A stretch of DNA of 64,000 nucleotides from Dehalococcoidia bacterium (GCA_029936815.1 JAPYRX010000002.1:109669-173668), one strand, 5' to 3'; counted from the first letter of the stretch, positions 18,942 through 29,305 are shown. Numbers and translations: made by a program. The notes: generated from the letters alone by a model not told the origin.

Positions 18942-21506
18942 ATGAGTAATAACATAACTCCGGCTTGGGAACAGTATCTAAATATTAAGAAAGATTATCC
19001 TGAGGTACTGTTATTGTTTAGGATGGGTGATTTTTATGAAGTTTTTGACAATGATGCAAAAATTTTATCTGATATATTGCAAATCACTTTAACACAAAAA
19101 CAATTTGGTAAAGATCAAAAACACGATTTGGCAGGATTTCCATTCCATTCATTAAACCAACATTTATCTACATTGGTTAAAAATGGAGTGTCTGTGGCAA
19201 TATGCGAACAAGTAGGAGATGTAGTTAATAGCAAAGGAATTATTGACAGAAAAGTTGTTAGAATTGTTAGCCCTGGAACGATTTTTGAAGATTATATGTT
19301 AGACAATCAATCAAATAATTATTTAGCGAGTCTTTATCATTCGGGTAATGAAATTGGGATAGCGTATATCGATGTTTCTACGTTTGAAATTAAAGTTTCA
19401 AAAATAAACCCAGAATCAATTTCTTCTGAGCTTTTCAGATTGAATCCTGCTGAAATATTAGTAAACAATCAAAATGAAATTGATTTTGAAGATAACATCA
19501 ATAAGGTGATTTTATCTGATAGTGAATTTGAGGATTTTATATTCCAAGATAATCTAGCTCGTAATCTTGATCAAATAGTAGTACATAAATGGTTCGTTAA
19601 CTCTAATTCCGAACAAAAAGCATACGTAGGACTGTTAAATTATTTATTCAAAAATAAGCTTTTGGGAAACATTAATTTAGCAAAAACCGAATATTATCAT
19701 TATTCAGACTACATGTTTATAGATCCACAAACTAGAAATAATTTGAGTTTGTTCTCTACAGGATCAAATTCGTTTTCACTATTTAACACACTTAATAATA
19801 CACAAACTTCTATGGGAGCTCGTTTGTTAAAACATTATATAGGGCAACCTTTAATAAATTTAAATAAAATTGTAGAAAGACAAGAGTTTGTAGAATGGTT
19901 TTATACTAATAGCGAAGTAACATATAATTTTAGAAATCAGATTCAATCAATAGCTGATATTGAGAGATTATTGACTAAGATTTCTAATTTTAATTGCGAG
20001 CCTAAAGATGTGATTTCTTTGGGGAACAGTTTACAGTTATTGCACGATAGTATGGATTATCTTAGAACTACAAATTTGAATGACAATTTGAAAACTTTAA
20101 TTGCGAATATGCCAAATATTAAACATATATATGAATTGATACACAGAACATTTGAAATTGATTTTTCAGGTAAATTAGGCGAAGGTACATTAGTTAAAAA
20201 AGAAATCTCTAAAGAATTAGATGATTATAGATATTCTTTGAATAATTCAAAAAAAATATTAAATGAACTTGAAATTAACGAACGAAGAAAAACGAATATT
20301 AAAAATTTACGTGTTCGATATAATAAAATTTTTGGATATTACATAGAAGTTACCAAATCGCATATTGATGATGTTCCTGATTATTTTATTAGAAAACAAA
20401 CTTTAGTAAATGCTGAGAGATTTTTCACAGAAGAATTGAAAGAATTAGAGTCTAAAATAACAATATCTGTAGAACGAGTTTCTGAACTTGAAAAAGAAAT
20501 ATTTAAGGAAATTTGCGAATATATAATTAGTTTATCTTCGTCAATTTTAACTGCATCAATGATATTGTCTAAGTTAGATGTATTTTCTAATTTTTCAATA
20601 ATTGCAATTCGAAACAATTATGTTAAACCTACTTTAAATGATTCTAAAATTTTAAAATTATCACAATCTAGACATCCTATGGTTGAAAAGATTGTTGAAT
20701 CAGGAAAGTTTGTCCCTAATGATGTGCTGACAGATGATAAAGAACAACAGATTATACTTCTTACTGGACCAAATATGTCAGGTAAATCTACATATATTCG
20801 CCAAATTGGAATAATTGTTTTAATGGCGCAAGTTGGATGTTATGTACCATCTAATAATGCTGAAATTGGTATTGTTGATCGTATATTTACAAGAGTTGGG
20901 TTAGAAGATGATCTTTCGGAGGGCAGATCAACATTTATGACAGAAATGATTGAGACTGCAATGATTTTAAATGAAGCAACTAATCGTTCTCTTATAATTT
21001 TGGATGAAATAGGTAGAGGTACAAGTACCTATGATGGCTTAGCTATAGCAATGTCAGTTGCAGAATATATACACAATAATAATTCTTTAGGTTCAAGAAC
21101 TCTTTTTGCCACTCATTTTTTTGAAATGACAGCCCTTGAATCAGATTTTAGTAGAATAAAAAATTATCATGTAAATGTTTTAGAAGATGGTGATAGAGTT
21201 GTATTTCTTCATGATATAAAAAGAGGTATATCTGAAAGAAGTTATGGTATTTATGTTGCTCAACTAGCAGGGATGCCTAAAGATGTGATAAATAAATCAA
21301 AATTGTTGCTATCTCATTTAGAATCCAAATCAAACCCTTCTTTAGAAATTATAAGAACTATCCCTGAGCAACTTCCGCTAAATTTAAATGATAATAATTA
21401 TGAAGAGATAAAAGTTTTGATTAATTCTATCGATACTGATGAAATCACTCCATTAGAAGCTTTGATTAAATTATCAACAATAAAAGAAAAATTTAAAGAA
21501 AAATAA
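18942..21506 (+). CDS. mutS: DNA mismatch repair protein MutS
   Basis: FRMGDFYE, TGPNMSGKSTY, STFMTEM, DEIGRGTSTYDG. Confidence 0.97.
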   Translation: MSNNITPAWEQYLNIKKDYPEVLLLFRMGDFYEVFDNDAKILSDILQITLTQKQFGKDQKHDLAGFPFHSLNQHLSTLVKNGVSVAICEQVGDVVNSKGIIDRKVVRIVSPGTIFEDYMLDNQSNNYLASLYHSGNEIGIAYIDVSTFEIKVSKINPESISSELFRLNPAEILVNNQNEIDFEDNINKVILSDSEFEDFIFQDNLARNLDQIVVHKWFVNSNSEQKAYVGLLNYLFKNKLLGNINLAKTEYYHYSDYMFIDPQTRNNLSLFSTGSNSFSLFNTLNNTQTSMGARLLKHYIGQPLINLNKIVERQEFVEWFYTNSEVTYNFRNQIQSIADIERLLTKISNFNCEPKDVISLGNSLQLLHDSMDYLRTTNLNDNLKTLIANMPNIKHIYELIHRTFEIDFSGKLGEGTLVKKEISKELDDYRYSLNNSKKILNELEINERRKTNIKNLRVRYNKIFGYYIEVTKSHIDDVPDYFIRKQTLVNAERFFTEELKELESKITISVERVSELEKEIFKEICEYIISLSSSILTASMILSKLDVFSNFSIIAIRNNYVKPTLNDSKILKLSQSRHPMVEKIVESGKFVPNDVLTDDKEQQIILLTGPNMSGKSTYIRQIGIIVLMAQVGCYVPSNNAEIGIVDRIFTRVGLEDDLSEGRSTFMTEMIETAMILNEATNRSLIILDEIGRGTSTYDGLAIAMSVAEYIHNNNSLGSRTLFATHFFEMTALESDFSRIKNYHVNVLEDGDRVVFLHDIKRGISERSYGIYVAQLAGMPKDVINKSKLLLSHLESKSNPSLEIIRTIPEQLPLNLNDNNYEEIKVLINSIDTDEITPLEALIKLSTIKEKFKEK

Positions 21507-21586
21507 TCAAACTTATAACTTAATAATAATTGAAATTAAGTTTGGTTTAACTTTCAATATGTAGTATTAGATATAATTCGTTAAAT

Positions 21587-22462
21587 ATGCTAAATATTGA
21601 TGACAATTTAAATTCGTACAATTTTGAAGAAGGTCAGTTATTTGTTTTAGAAAATAACTCTTTGGATATTTTAGAATCGTTGATTATTATTAATCCGAAA
21701 ATTAATTTTAATAAATTCATTAATGACAGAAAACCTTTGCTAATTGATTATTTGAATTTAATAAATATTTCCCACTTCGAGAATAATCATTATCAACAAA
21801 AACAAGTATTCGTAGATAGTCTGACTAAATATATAAATAATAATTTTGTTATTTTTAACGATGATTTTACAATTTCAAAAGTATTATACGAATTAAAGAC
21901 TATGTGGTTTGTTTTGCTTGTTTATGATTATTTACAGCGAGAATCCAAAGATTCTTATACACGGTTGCTGAAAATATTGAAACATCTTGCTAAACATAAT
22001 ATTTTGAAATCTATAATTCCAACAAAGAGTTTTAAATCTGCTTATTTTATTGATTGTTTAGCTAATATAAATGATCATTCACTATTCCGAAAAACACTTA
22101 AAATGTATTTAAATAATATTTTAAATGAATACAAATATGCTTTGTCCGGCATTCACCTTACATTAGATATCGAATCTGATGTAATAGAACTGAAAAACAA
22201 ATATCCAGAACTAATTCATTATTTTTGGAATGAATTAGTTACATCTCTTGTAAGTAAAGGAGCATATAAAATTTGCTTAAATTGCAATGATTTATTTCAT
22301 ACGACAATCGAGAGGAAATTATTTTGTTCTTATTCTTGCAAAAATAGAAAAAGCTCATCAGATTCTTACAATCGTTCTAAAAAAAGAAATTTAAATTTGA
22401 TTAAACTGAAATCTGTCCCTGGACTAGATAACAACAAACCTTATAGAATAATCACTTCTTAA
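21587..22462 (+). CDS. Hypothetical protein with C-terminal CGNR-type zinc finger
   Basis: ICLNCNDLF...RKLFCSYSCKNR at C-terminus. Confidence 0.6.
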   Translation: MLNIDDNLNSYNFEEGQLFVLENNSLDILESLIIINPKINFNKFINDRKPLLIDYLNLINISHFENNHYQQKQVFVDSLTKYINNNFVIFNDDFTISKVLYELKTMWFVLLVYDYLQRESKDSYTRLLKILKHLAKHNILKSIIPTKSFKSAYFIDCLANINDHSLFRKTLKMYLNNILNEYKYALSGIHLTLDIESDVIELKNKYPELIHYFWNELVTSLVSKGAYKICLNCNDLFHTTIERKLFCSYSCKNRKSSSDSYNRSKKRNLNLIKLKSVPGLDNNKPYRIITS

Positions 22463-22475
22463 GATTGGATTGTAA

Positions 22476-23336
22476 TTGAGAAACAAACATACAATGATGG
22501 CTATCTTCATTGTTTTTTTGTGGGGATTGAACTTTGTTGCTCTTAAAACAACTGTAACGTATTTACCTCCGATATTTTCTGCTGCATTTAGATTTTTACT
22601 CATATCTATCCCATGGATCTTTATATTTAAAAAACCAAAGATCACTGTTTTTCAATTTATAACAATTCCACTAACATTAGGAGTGTTTCAATATAGTCTT
22701 CTTTATTACGGCATGAGCTTAGGATTGTCTACTGGATTAAGCGCTGTGGTACTTCAAACTCAATCGTTTTTCTCTGTTTTTATTGCATCTGTTTTAATGA
22801 AAGAAAAATTGAAATCAAGAGAGGTATGTGGATTGATAATAGGAGCTACTGGTGTGTTAATTCTATTTTTACTTAATGATGGTGATTTTAAATTTGAATC
22901 AGTATTAATTATTCTTATTGCTGCAATATCTTGGGGAATTGCAAATATTCAATTAAAAGGTCTTGGGGATATAAATATGGTGTCTTTTTTAATTTGGATA
23001 TCTCCAATTGCATCTGTATTATTATTTATCATTTCATATCTATTTGAGTTTGATGATATAAAAAATATAGAAGTTACAAAAATAGAATTAAAAGTAGTTG
23101 TTTCTGTTTTATATACAGCATATTTATCTACTGTTGTAGGATTTACTCTTTGGCAATATCTGTTAAACAAATATAATTCAGTGAGAGTTACTCCGTTTGG
23201 TTTACTAGTACCAATTACAGGTTCGTTATTCGGATTTTTATTTTTAGGAGAAATTTTAGAGTGGTATCAAGTTTTGTCAGGAATAATAATTATATCCGGA
23301 TTAATGTTGATTATACATAAACAAAACAAGGAATAA
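22476..23336 (+). CDS. EamA/DMT-family transporter
   Basis: About 10 TM segments; LWGLNFV, PPIFSAAFRF, VTPFGLLVP. Confidence 0.9.
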   Translation: MRNKHTMMAIFIVFLWGLNFVALKTTVTYLPPIFSAAFRFLLISIPWIFIFKKPKITVFQFITIPLTLGVFQYSLLYYGMSLGLSTGLSAVVLQTQSFFSVFIASVLMKEKLKSREVCGLIIGATGVLILFLLNDGDFKFESVLIILIAAISWGIANIQLKGLGDINMVSFLIWISPIASVLLFIISYLFEFDDIKNIEVTKIELKVVVSVLYTAYLSTVVGFTLWQYLLNKYNSVRVTPFGLLVPITGSLFGFLFLGEILEWYQVLSGIIIISGLMLIIHKQNKE

Positions 23337-23340
23337 TATT

Positions 23341-25749
23341 TTATTTTATTTTATTTGGAATTATTTTATTAGGCCACCAATTTAGCTGACCTAATATTTT
23401 TACTAATGCTGGAACTAATAATGTTCTTGTTATAAAAGTATCAATTATCACTCCTATTGCTACAGCAAAACCTAATTGAAATAAATCTGTTAGAGGTAAT
23501 ATCATAAGTGCAGAAAATGTTCCAGCTAATATAATACCGGCAGATGTTATTACTCCTCCTGTTTTAGCTACTGCTATTCGAGTTGCCTCACCAAGTTCTC
23601 TTATTTTTGCCTCTTCTCTTATTCTACTCATTAAATAAATATTGTAATCAACACCTAATGCGTTTAAGAATACAAACAAGAAAAATGGTAAGCCTGCAGA
23701 ATACGCAGGTTGATCAAATATATATTTGAAAGCTAATAATGAAATTCCTATAGTAGAGAAGTATGTGAACATAATGGTTGCGCACAAATATATTGGCGCA
23801 ATAACTGATCTCAGTAATACCAAAAGAATAAGTCCAATAGCTATTAATATGATTGGGAGTACAACCCTTTGATCTCTATTTACAGCTTCTCTTGTATCGT
23901 ATTGCACTGCCGTCACGCCACCTACATAAAGTTTTGTTAAATCTATTCCTGATATTGGAGCTTCTTTTTTTATGAAATCTCGTATTTGCGGGATTAAATC
24001 CATACCCTTTTCGTTATAAGGATTTTCATTTAGAATAAGTTCTATTTTAGACACCGATTTATCTGGTGATGAGTAATTACTTATTTTAGCTTTTATTGGG
24101 AATGAATTAGGATCTTGAGAAGATATATATGATTGAATTTGTACTATTCCACCTATTGCTGAATTTATTCCAAATGGTCGTGTTTGGCTAGAAATACGAT
24201 TTACGCCTGGAGCATTAGATAGAATATTTGTAAGAGAGTCTATTTTATTTAGATTATTGGGATTATAAGCAGAATTTTCTGAACCAAAGTCAACATAAAT
24301 TTCTACAGGTGCTAATTCTCCAGGATTAAATCCTGATCTTAATAATTCGAAACTTTTCACTGAATCAGCATTATTAGGTAAACTAGCAAGTTGATCATAT
24401 GTTGGTTTGGCTCCAATAAGCCCAGTAAACATTAGAAGTAGTATGCTACAAGTTATTATCAATGTAGTTACTGGCTTCCCAATAACTAATCTGGCTATAT
24501 TCGAATATAAGTAATCGTTTTCGTTTTTTGTTTTCCATTTTTTGTTTTTTACAAAAATATAAAAATATATAAGTTGAAAAATAGCTATTATGGAATAGAA
24601 TGGAAATACTATTGATGCTATTAGTTTTGATCTCCATGAATAATCAACAGGAAAAAAAGAAAATTTACCCATTATACACATTAGGGCAGGAACTAAGGTT
24701 AGAGCTGCAATTAACATAAGTAATACAGCTATACCTATAACAGGGCCTAAAGATTGGTAAGATTTCAATATACTTAAAAGCAAAATAGAAGATGCAACTA
24801 TTATTGTTAATCCTGCTGATGCCACAGCGCCTCCCACACCTTGCATAGTTTTTTTCATTGCTTCATGTTTATCTTTTGTCTTTGCTAATTCTTCTCTAAA
24901 TCTTGAAGATATAAATAAACAATAATCTGTTCCGGATCCAAATAAAACAACAGTCATCATTCCAGTAGATTGTCCATTGATTTTCAAGAAGTCTCCTGTA
25001 CCTTGGTCTATCCAAGCTATAACTCCTTGGCTAACTTGAAATACTAATCCGACCACAATTAATGGTAAAAGAGCAGTAATAGGAGATTTATATATTATTA
25101 AAAGAAGAACTAATACTAAAACAACTGTTACACGTACTAATAGTCCGTCTATTGATTGAAAAACTTGGATAAGGTCAGCTAACAAACCGCCAGGCCCACC
25201 CACCAAAACTATGAGGTTATTATTTTCAGAAACTTTATTATTTACTATTGATCTTAATTTTTGTATTTCACCTGGATACTCATCATCAAAAGGAGCAATA
25301 TTGAGATTAACTATCATAGTCATAGTATTCTCAGATGGTGAAACAAATTCATTCTTTGCTTGTGGCAAACTAAAAACTGATACAATATTTTTTATATCGA
25401 CAATTTCAGTTGCTCGGATTTCAGATTCTATATCAGATAATGTTTTAATTTCAACATCACTGAATTTTGCTTTGTTTTTCGTCTGAGCAACAATTATACT
25501 TGGTGCTTCTATAGATCTAGTACTGTATCTTTCTTCTACTAATTTTGCTGCTTTTGTAGATTCTGCACTTTCTGGCAAAAAATCTGTTTGGCTAACACTT
25601 TCATTTAATTCTGGTGCAAAAGGCAGTATCAATCCTGTGATTATTATCCAACTGGTTATTACAATCCATTTTCCTGATTTCGAACTAGAGAAATTTGTTA
25701 TTAAATTAATTATAATATTTACCCATATACTTATAAAATTAAATTTCAA
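23341..25749 (-). CDS. MMPL-family (RND superfamily) transporter
   Basis: FGSGTDYCLFISSRFREE and LGVDYNIYLMSRIREE, GVITSAGIILAGTF; exact start uncertain. Confidence 0.9.
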   Translation of the reverse strand: MKFNFISIWVNIIINLITNFSSSKSGKWIVITSWIIITGLILPFAPELNESVSQTDFLPESAESTKAAKLVEERYSTRSIEAPSIIVAQTKNKAKFSDVEIKTLSDIESEIRATEIVDIKNIVSVFSLPQAKNEFVSPSENTMTMIVNLNIAPFDDEYPGEIQKLRSIVNNKVSENNNLIVLVGGPGGLLADLIQVFQSIDGLLVRVTVVLVLVLLLIIYKSPITALLPLIVVGLVFQVSQGVIAWIDQGTGDFLKINGQSTGMMTVVLFGSGTDYCLFISSRFREELAKTKDKHEAMKKTMQGVGGAVASAGLTIIVASSILLLSILKSYQSLGPVIGIAVLLMLIAALTLVPALMCIMGKFSFFPVDYSWRSKLIASIVFPFYSIIAIFQLIYFYIFVKNKKWKTKNENDYLYSNIARLVIGKPVTTLIITCSILLLMFTGLIGAKPTYDQLASLPNNADSVKSFELLRSGFNPGELAPVEIYVDFGSENSAYNPNNLNKIDSLTNILSNAPGVNRISSQTRPFGINSAIGGIVQIQSYISSQDPNSFPIKAKISNYSSPDKSVSKIELILNENPYNEKGMDLIPQIRDFIKKEAPISGIDLTKLYVGGVTAVQYDTREAVNRDQRVVLPIILIAIGLILLVLLRSVIAPIYLCATIMFTYFSTIGISLLAFKYIFDQPAYSAGLPFFLFVFLNALGVDYNIYLMSRIREEAKIRELGEATRIAVAKTGGVITSAGIILAGTFSALMILPLTDLFQLGFAVAIGVIIDTFITRTLLVPALVKILGQLNWWPNKIIPNKIK

Positions 25750-25806
25750 TGAATGTACAACAATTAAATGTTAAAAATTGTGAGTTTAAATCAATTGAAA
25801 CATCAA

Positions 25807-25824
25807 TTATGAATCTTTTCACAA
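25807..25824. promoter_or_regulatory. Rex-like palindromic operator upstream of the MMPL gene
   Basis: TTATGAA-TCTT-TTCACAA, one mismatch to TTGTGAA-N4-TTCACAA. Confidence 0.5.
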
Positions 25825-26195
25825 ATAATATTATTTATCAATATCGGGTACATTAATGTTTGTATTAAATAAAATCAATAATAATGTTTTGCTTTTTGTA
25901 CTTATGTTGTTAATACATAGTTTTGCATATTTACTATAGAAGAAATTGTGGTACACAAGTCATTTTTTTCCACTCAATCGATGAATATGGAAGATTCGTT
26001 ATTTATACTACAAAAAAACTAATAATGAATTGAATCAAATATTGTCTTATTAAAAAAACTGATGATTTTGCGAATGGATTTTATGAGCCATATTCAAAAA
26101 CTTATTCTTGGATTTATATAAAGTATAGGTATAAAATTATGCAAATGGGGAATATTATATAAATATAATATTATTACAAAAGACTAGGTGAAATA

Positions 26196-26657
26196 ATGAA
26201 TTTAAAAGAAGGCGATAAAGCTCCAGAATTTTCTTTGTTTGATACTAATGGAAACATAATAAATTTAAAAGATTTGAAAGGTAAAAAATTAGTTTTATAT
26301 TTTTATCCTAAAGATGATACACCTGGATGTACTATCGAAGCATGTGAAATAAGAGATAATTATTCAAATTTTACTGATAGTAATATTGTTGTTTTTGGAG
26401 TGAGTGCAGATAATAAAGAATCACATCAATCATTTACGAAAAAATTCCAACTTCCATTTCCTTTACTTTCAGACATAAATAAATCAATGTGTAAAGATTA
26501 TGATGTGTTGTATAACGCTTTAGTTGATGAACAAGAAGTCGAAAGAATTTCTCGTGTAACTTTTGTTATTGATGAAAATAGTGTTATATCAAAGATATGG
26601 AATCCTGTAGATCCAAATGGTCACGCAAATCAAATATTTAAATTCCTCAATATTTAA
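26196..26657 (+). CDS. bcp: Thioredoxin-dependent peroxiredoxin Bcp/PrxQ
   Basis: LYFYPKDDTPGCTIEAC. Confidence 0.93.
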   Translation: MNLKEGDKAPEFSLFDTNGNIINLKDLKGKKLVLYFYPKDDTPGCTIEACEIRDNYSNFTDSNIVVFGVSADNKESHQSFTKKFQLPFPLLSDINKSMCKDYDVLYNALVDEQEVERISRVTFVIDENSVISKIWNPVDPNGHANQIFKFLNI

Positions 26658-26715
26658 TTTTGACATTTGAAATATTTTAATATAGGGTTTTGAAGTTAGA
26701 ATTTTATGAGATTGA

Positions 26716-27108
26716 TTGTTTATGTCAAAATTAAATAAGCACAAATCTATTCGACTACTATGGATTTTATTTGGTAGCTTTTCTGTGGCTATGGGCGTGG
26801 TAGGAATATTTGTACCTGGATGGCCTACAACAATTTTCTTGATTATTGCTTCGTATTTTTATATTCGTAGCTCAAACAGATTATATGAATGGCTAGTTAA
26901 CAATAAACTTCTTGGTGTGTACATTAAGAACTATTTACTAGGTAAAGGTATGCCATTTAAAGCTAAAATAATTTCTTTATCCACAATGTGGATTTTTGGA
27001 TTATTATCAATTTTGTTTTGGATTCCAAATAATTTAGTTAAGATTATTGTTTTATTACTTTTGGTTATTGGAACATTATTTATACTAAGAGTGAAAAATT
27101 CAGAGTAG
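26716..27108 (+). CDS. YbaN/DUF454 membrane protein
   Basis: GVVGIFVPGWPTTIFLI...RSSNRLYEWL...GMPFKAK. Confidence 0.85.
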   Translation: MFMSKLNKHKSIRLLWILFGSFSVAMGVVGIFVPGWPTTIFLIIASYFYIRSSNRLYEWLVNNKLLGVYIKNYLLGKGMPFKAKIISLSTMWIFGLLSILFWIPNNLVKIIVLLLLVIGTLFILRVKNSE

Positions 27109-27113
27109 AAATT

Positions 27114-27191
27114 CTAAAATCCAACAGCTGCAGCATATAAAATTGCTAGTATGATAATCGGGATTCCAATTAATGTAAATGATTTCATCAT
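27114..27191 (-). CDS. Putative 25-aa single-TM small protein (not in ORF track)
   Basis: Manual translation MMKSFTLIGIPIIILAILYAAAVGF*; fills the intergenic gap; TACAAT -10-like hexamer just upstream. Confidence 0.5.
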   Translation of the reverse strand: MMKSFTLIGIPIIILAILYAAAVGF

Positions 27192-27251
27192 TTTAAGTAT
27201 TTATTGTATTATTTAAATTAATATTATAATAATAACAAATTGGATGGGAAA

Positions 27252-28601
27252 ATGAATATTTCTAAAGAAGAATTAAAAAGTAAAGTAGTAGCAGAAATTG
27301 AAAAATCTAAAGAAAGGATAATTAATTTTTCAAAAGATATAGCTGAAAATGCGGAAACCGGATACCGAGAAGTAAAAACATCAAATAAAATTAAAGAAAT
27401 ATTTGACAGTATAAATCTTAAATATACTGATGGACATGCTATAACGGGAATTAAATCAGAACCTATAATAGGAAAATCAGATGGTCCCACTATTGCAGTG
27501 ATTGGAGAATTAGATGGATTGATTGTAAAAGATCATCCATTAGCAGATCCGAAAACAAACGCTGTACATGCGTGCGGGCATAATTGCCAATTGGGATCAA
27601 TGTTAGGAGCTGGAATAGGATTGCTTAATAGTAAGGCAAATGAATATTTGAATGGAAACGTAGTCTTATTTGCAGTTCCTGCTGAAGAAACTATAGAAAA
27701 CGAATTCAGAATTAATTTGATTGATGATGGTAAATTGGGATTTATGTCTGGTAAACAAGAGCTAATTAGAATAGGTTCTTTTGACGATATTGATTCTGCA
27801 ATGTTAAGCCATGCTACAACTAATGCCACTGATAAAGACTTATCGATTGGAGGAACTTCTTTAGGTCATGTGGTTAAATATGTTGAATTTCATGGTAGAG
27901 CATCACATGCAGCTGGAGCTCCTTATGCTGGAGTTAACGCTTTAAAAGCGGCAAACATAGCAATGATGGCAATGGACTTACAACGAGAATCATTCAAAGA
28001 TGAAGATAAAGTAAGGGTTCATGGTATATTAACAGAAGGTGGCACTGCTACTAATTCTATACCCTCTATAGTGAAATTGGAATGGAGAATTAGAGGGAGA
28101 ACTATTGATATAGTTAATGAAGTTAATAAAAAAATAGATAGATCATTAAAAGCAGGTGCCATGGCAATGGGAGCTAATGTTCGTATTAGATCTATAGCTG
28201 GGAATTTACCTATGTTACAAAATAAAGATATAAATAATATTTATTTTGTAAATGCAGCAAATATAGTAGGTAATAATAATGTTGTAATTCATCCTGATGA
28301 TACATCAGGGGGATCTACAGATATGGGAGATTTAAGTCAAATTATGCCTGTAATTCACCCAAGGAGTGGGGGCGCAATAGGAGCAGGCCATGGGAATGAT
28401 TATTTTATTGATGATTATTATAAATCAGTTATTAACCCAGCCAAAGCTATGGCAACAACAATTATTGATTTGTTATGGCATGAAGAAAACAAATTAAAAC
28501 AAATCATTTCAGAACATGTTCCTGTATACACAAAAAAAGAATACATCGATTTACAAAAAAGTAGAATGGGTAATGAATTTCATGAATATATGAAATCTTG
28601 A
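27252..28601 (+). CDS. M20-family amidohydrolase/peptidase
   Basis: GELD, HACGHN, VPAEE, GRASHA, GGSTDMGD. Confidence 0.9.
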   Translation: MNISKEELKSKVVAEIEKSKERIINFSKDIAENAETGYREVKTSNKIKEIFDSINLKYTDGHAITGIKSEPIIGKSDGPTIAVIGELDGLIVKDHPLADPKTNAVHACGHNCQLGSMLGAGIGLLNSKANEYLNGNVVLFAVPAEETIENEFRINLIDDGKLGFMSGKQELIRIGSFDDIDSAMLSHATTNATDKDLSIGGTSLGHVVKYVEFHGRASHAAGAPYAGVNALKAANIAMMAMDLQRESFKDEDKVRVHGILTEGGTATNSIPSIVKLEWRIRGRTIDIVNEVNKKIDRSLKAGAMAMGANVRIRSIAGNLPMLQNKDINNIYFVNAANIVGNNNVVIHPDDTSGGSTDMGDLSQIMPVIHPRSGGAIGAGHGNDYFIDDYYKSVINPAKAMATTIIDLLWHEENKLKQIISEHVPVYTKKEYIDLQKSRMGNEFHEYMKS

Positions 28602-28635
28602 TAATTTCTAAATAATTTTGAAATATAATTCTTTA

Positions 28636-28709
28636 GAAATGGAATACCCATTTCCAACACCTCCTTGATAAGAGACTAGTATAATATATATACTAGTCTC
28701 TTTTATTTT
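28636..28709 (+). ncRNA. Candidate ~70-nt small RNA with exposed anti-SD (CACCUCCUU) between two hairpins
   Basis: TATAAT at 28624-28629; 7-bp hairpin GAAATGG/CCATTTC; unpaired CAACACCTCCTTGAT; 14-bp terminator stem plus T-tract. Confidence 0.4.
28670..28709 (+). terminator. Intrinsic terminator
   Basis: AAGAGACTAGTATA-atata-TATACTAGTCTCTT followed by TTATTTT. Confidence 0.75.
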
Positions 28710-28718
28710 GGTAATTAT

Positions 28719-29297
28719 ATGAAATTGAATAAATATATTTTCCTATTATTTTTATTATTGAATATCTCTTGTTCAATACATATAGATTCAGAAATTGAAA
28801 ATAATAATACAATTAATAATGATCCTAATTCTGAATTGTATAAATTGATTAAAACAGAGGACGTGTCAAAAATTAATTTGAACGATAGATATAAAAAGAT
28901 TAGAAACAAAAACAATCTCAGTAAAGAAAAAACTGAAAACGAATTTATGGAGAGATATAAAACGAATGATTTCAAGACAATATATACTAGTAGGCCATAT
29001 ACGTTAATTTACTTATGGGAAGATTTCTGAGCAACGTGCATCTCTGCCAAACCTTCTGTGAAAGAGTTAGAAGACAAATTGAATATCAATGAAATTATTT
29101 TGTATTCAATTCAAGTTTCAAAAATTAGTGTTGGAGAACTTTTTGCAAGTTATTTGAAAAACACAAATGTGCCAACCACTTATTTAATTAATAACAAATT
29201 AGAGATTATTGATCAAAAAACTGTCACACCTGATATATGGTTTAATCTTGAGAGTAACAAAAATAATATTAAATTATTAATGGTGAGTGGGGATTAA
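28719..29297 (+). CDS. Thioredoxin-fold (TlpA/ResA-like) lipoprotein with in-frame TGA: probable selenoprotein (UxxC), 192 aa
   Basis: ORFs 28719-29030 and 29058-29297 are in one frame; read-through gives YLWEDF-U-ATC-ISAKPSVKELE; cis-Pro motif NVPTTYLIN; lipobox LNISC. Confidence 0.75.
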
Positions 29298-29305
29298 AAA
29301 ATTCC

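Noticed and set aside
25860-26190. Decayed gene in the MMPL-bcp spacer
   Set aside because: Only short open stretches with no recognisable motif; cannot be supported without a homology search
29028-29030. Genome-wide UGA=Trp/Gly reassignment
   Set aside because: Conserved genes such as rpmF and ftsK end correctly at TGA and Trp is encoded by TGG throughout
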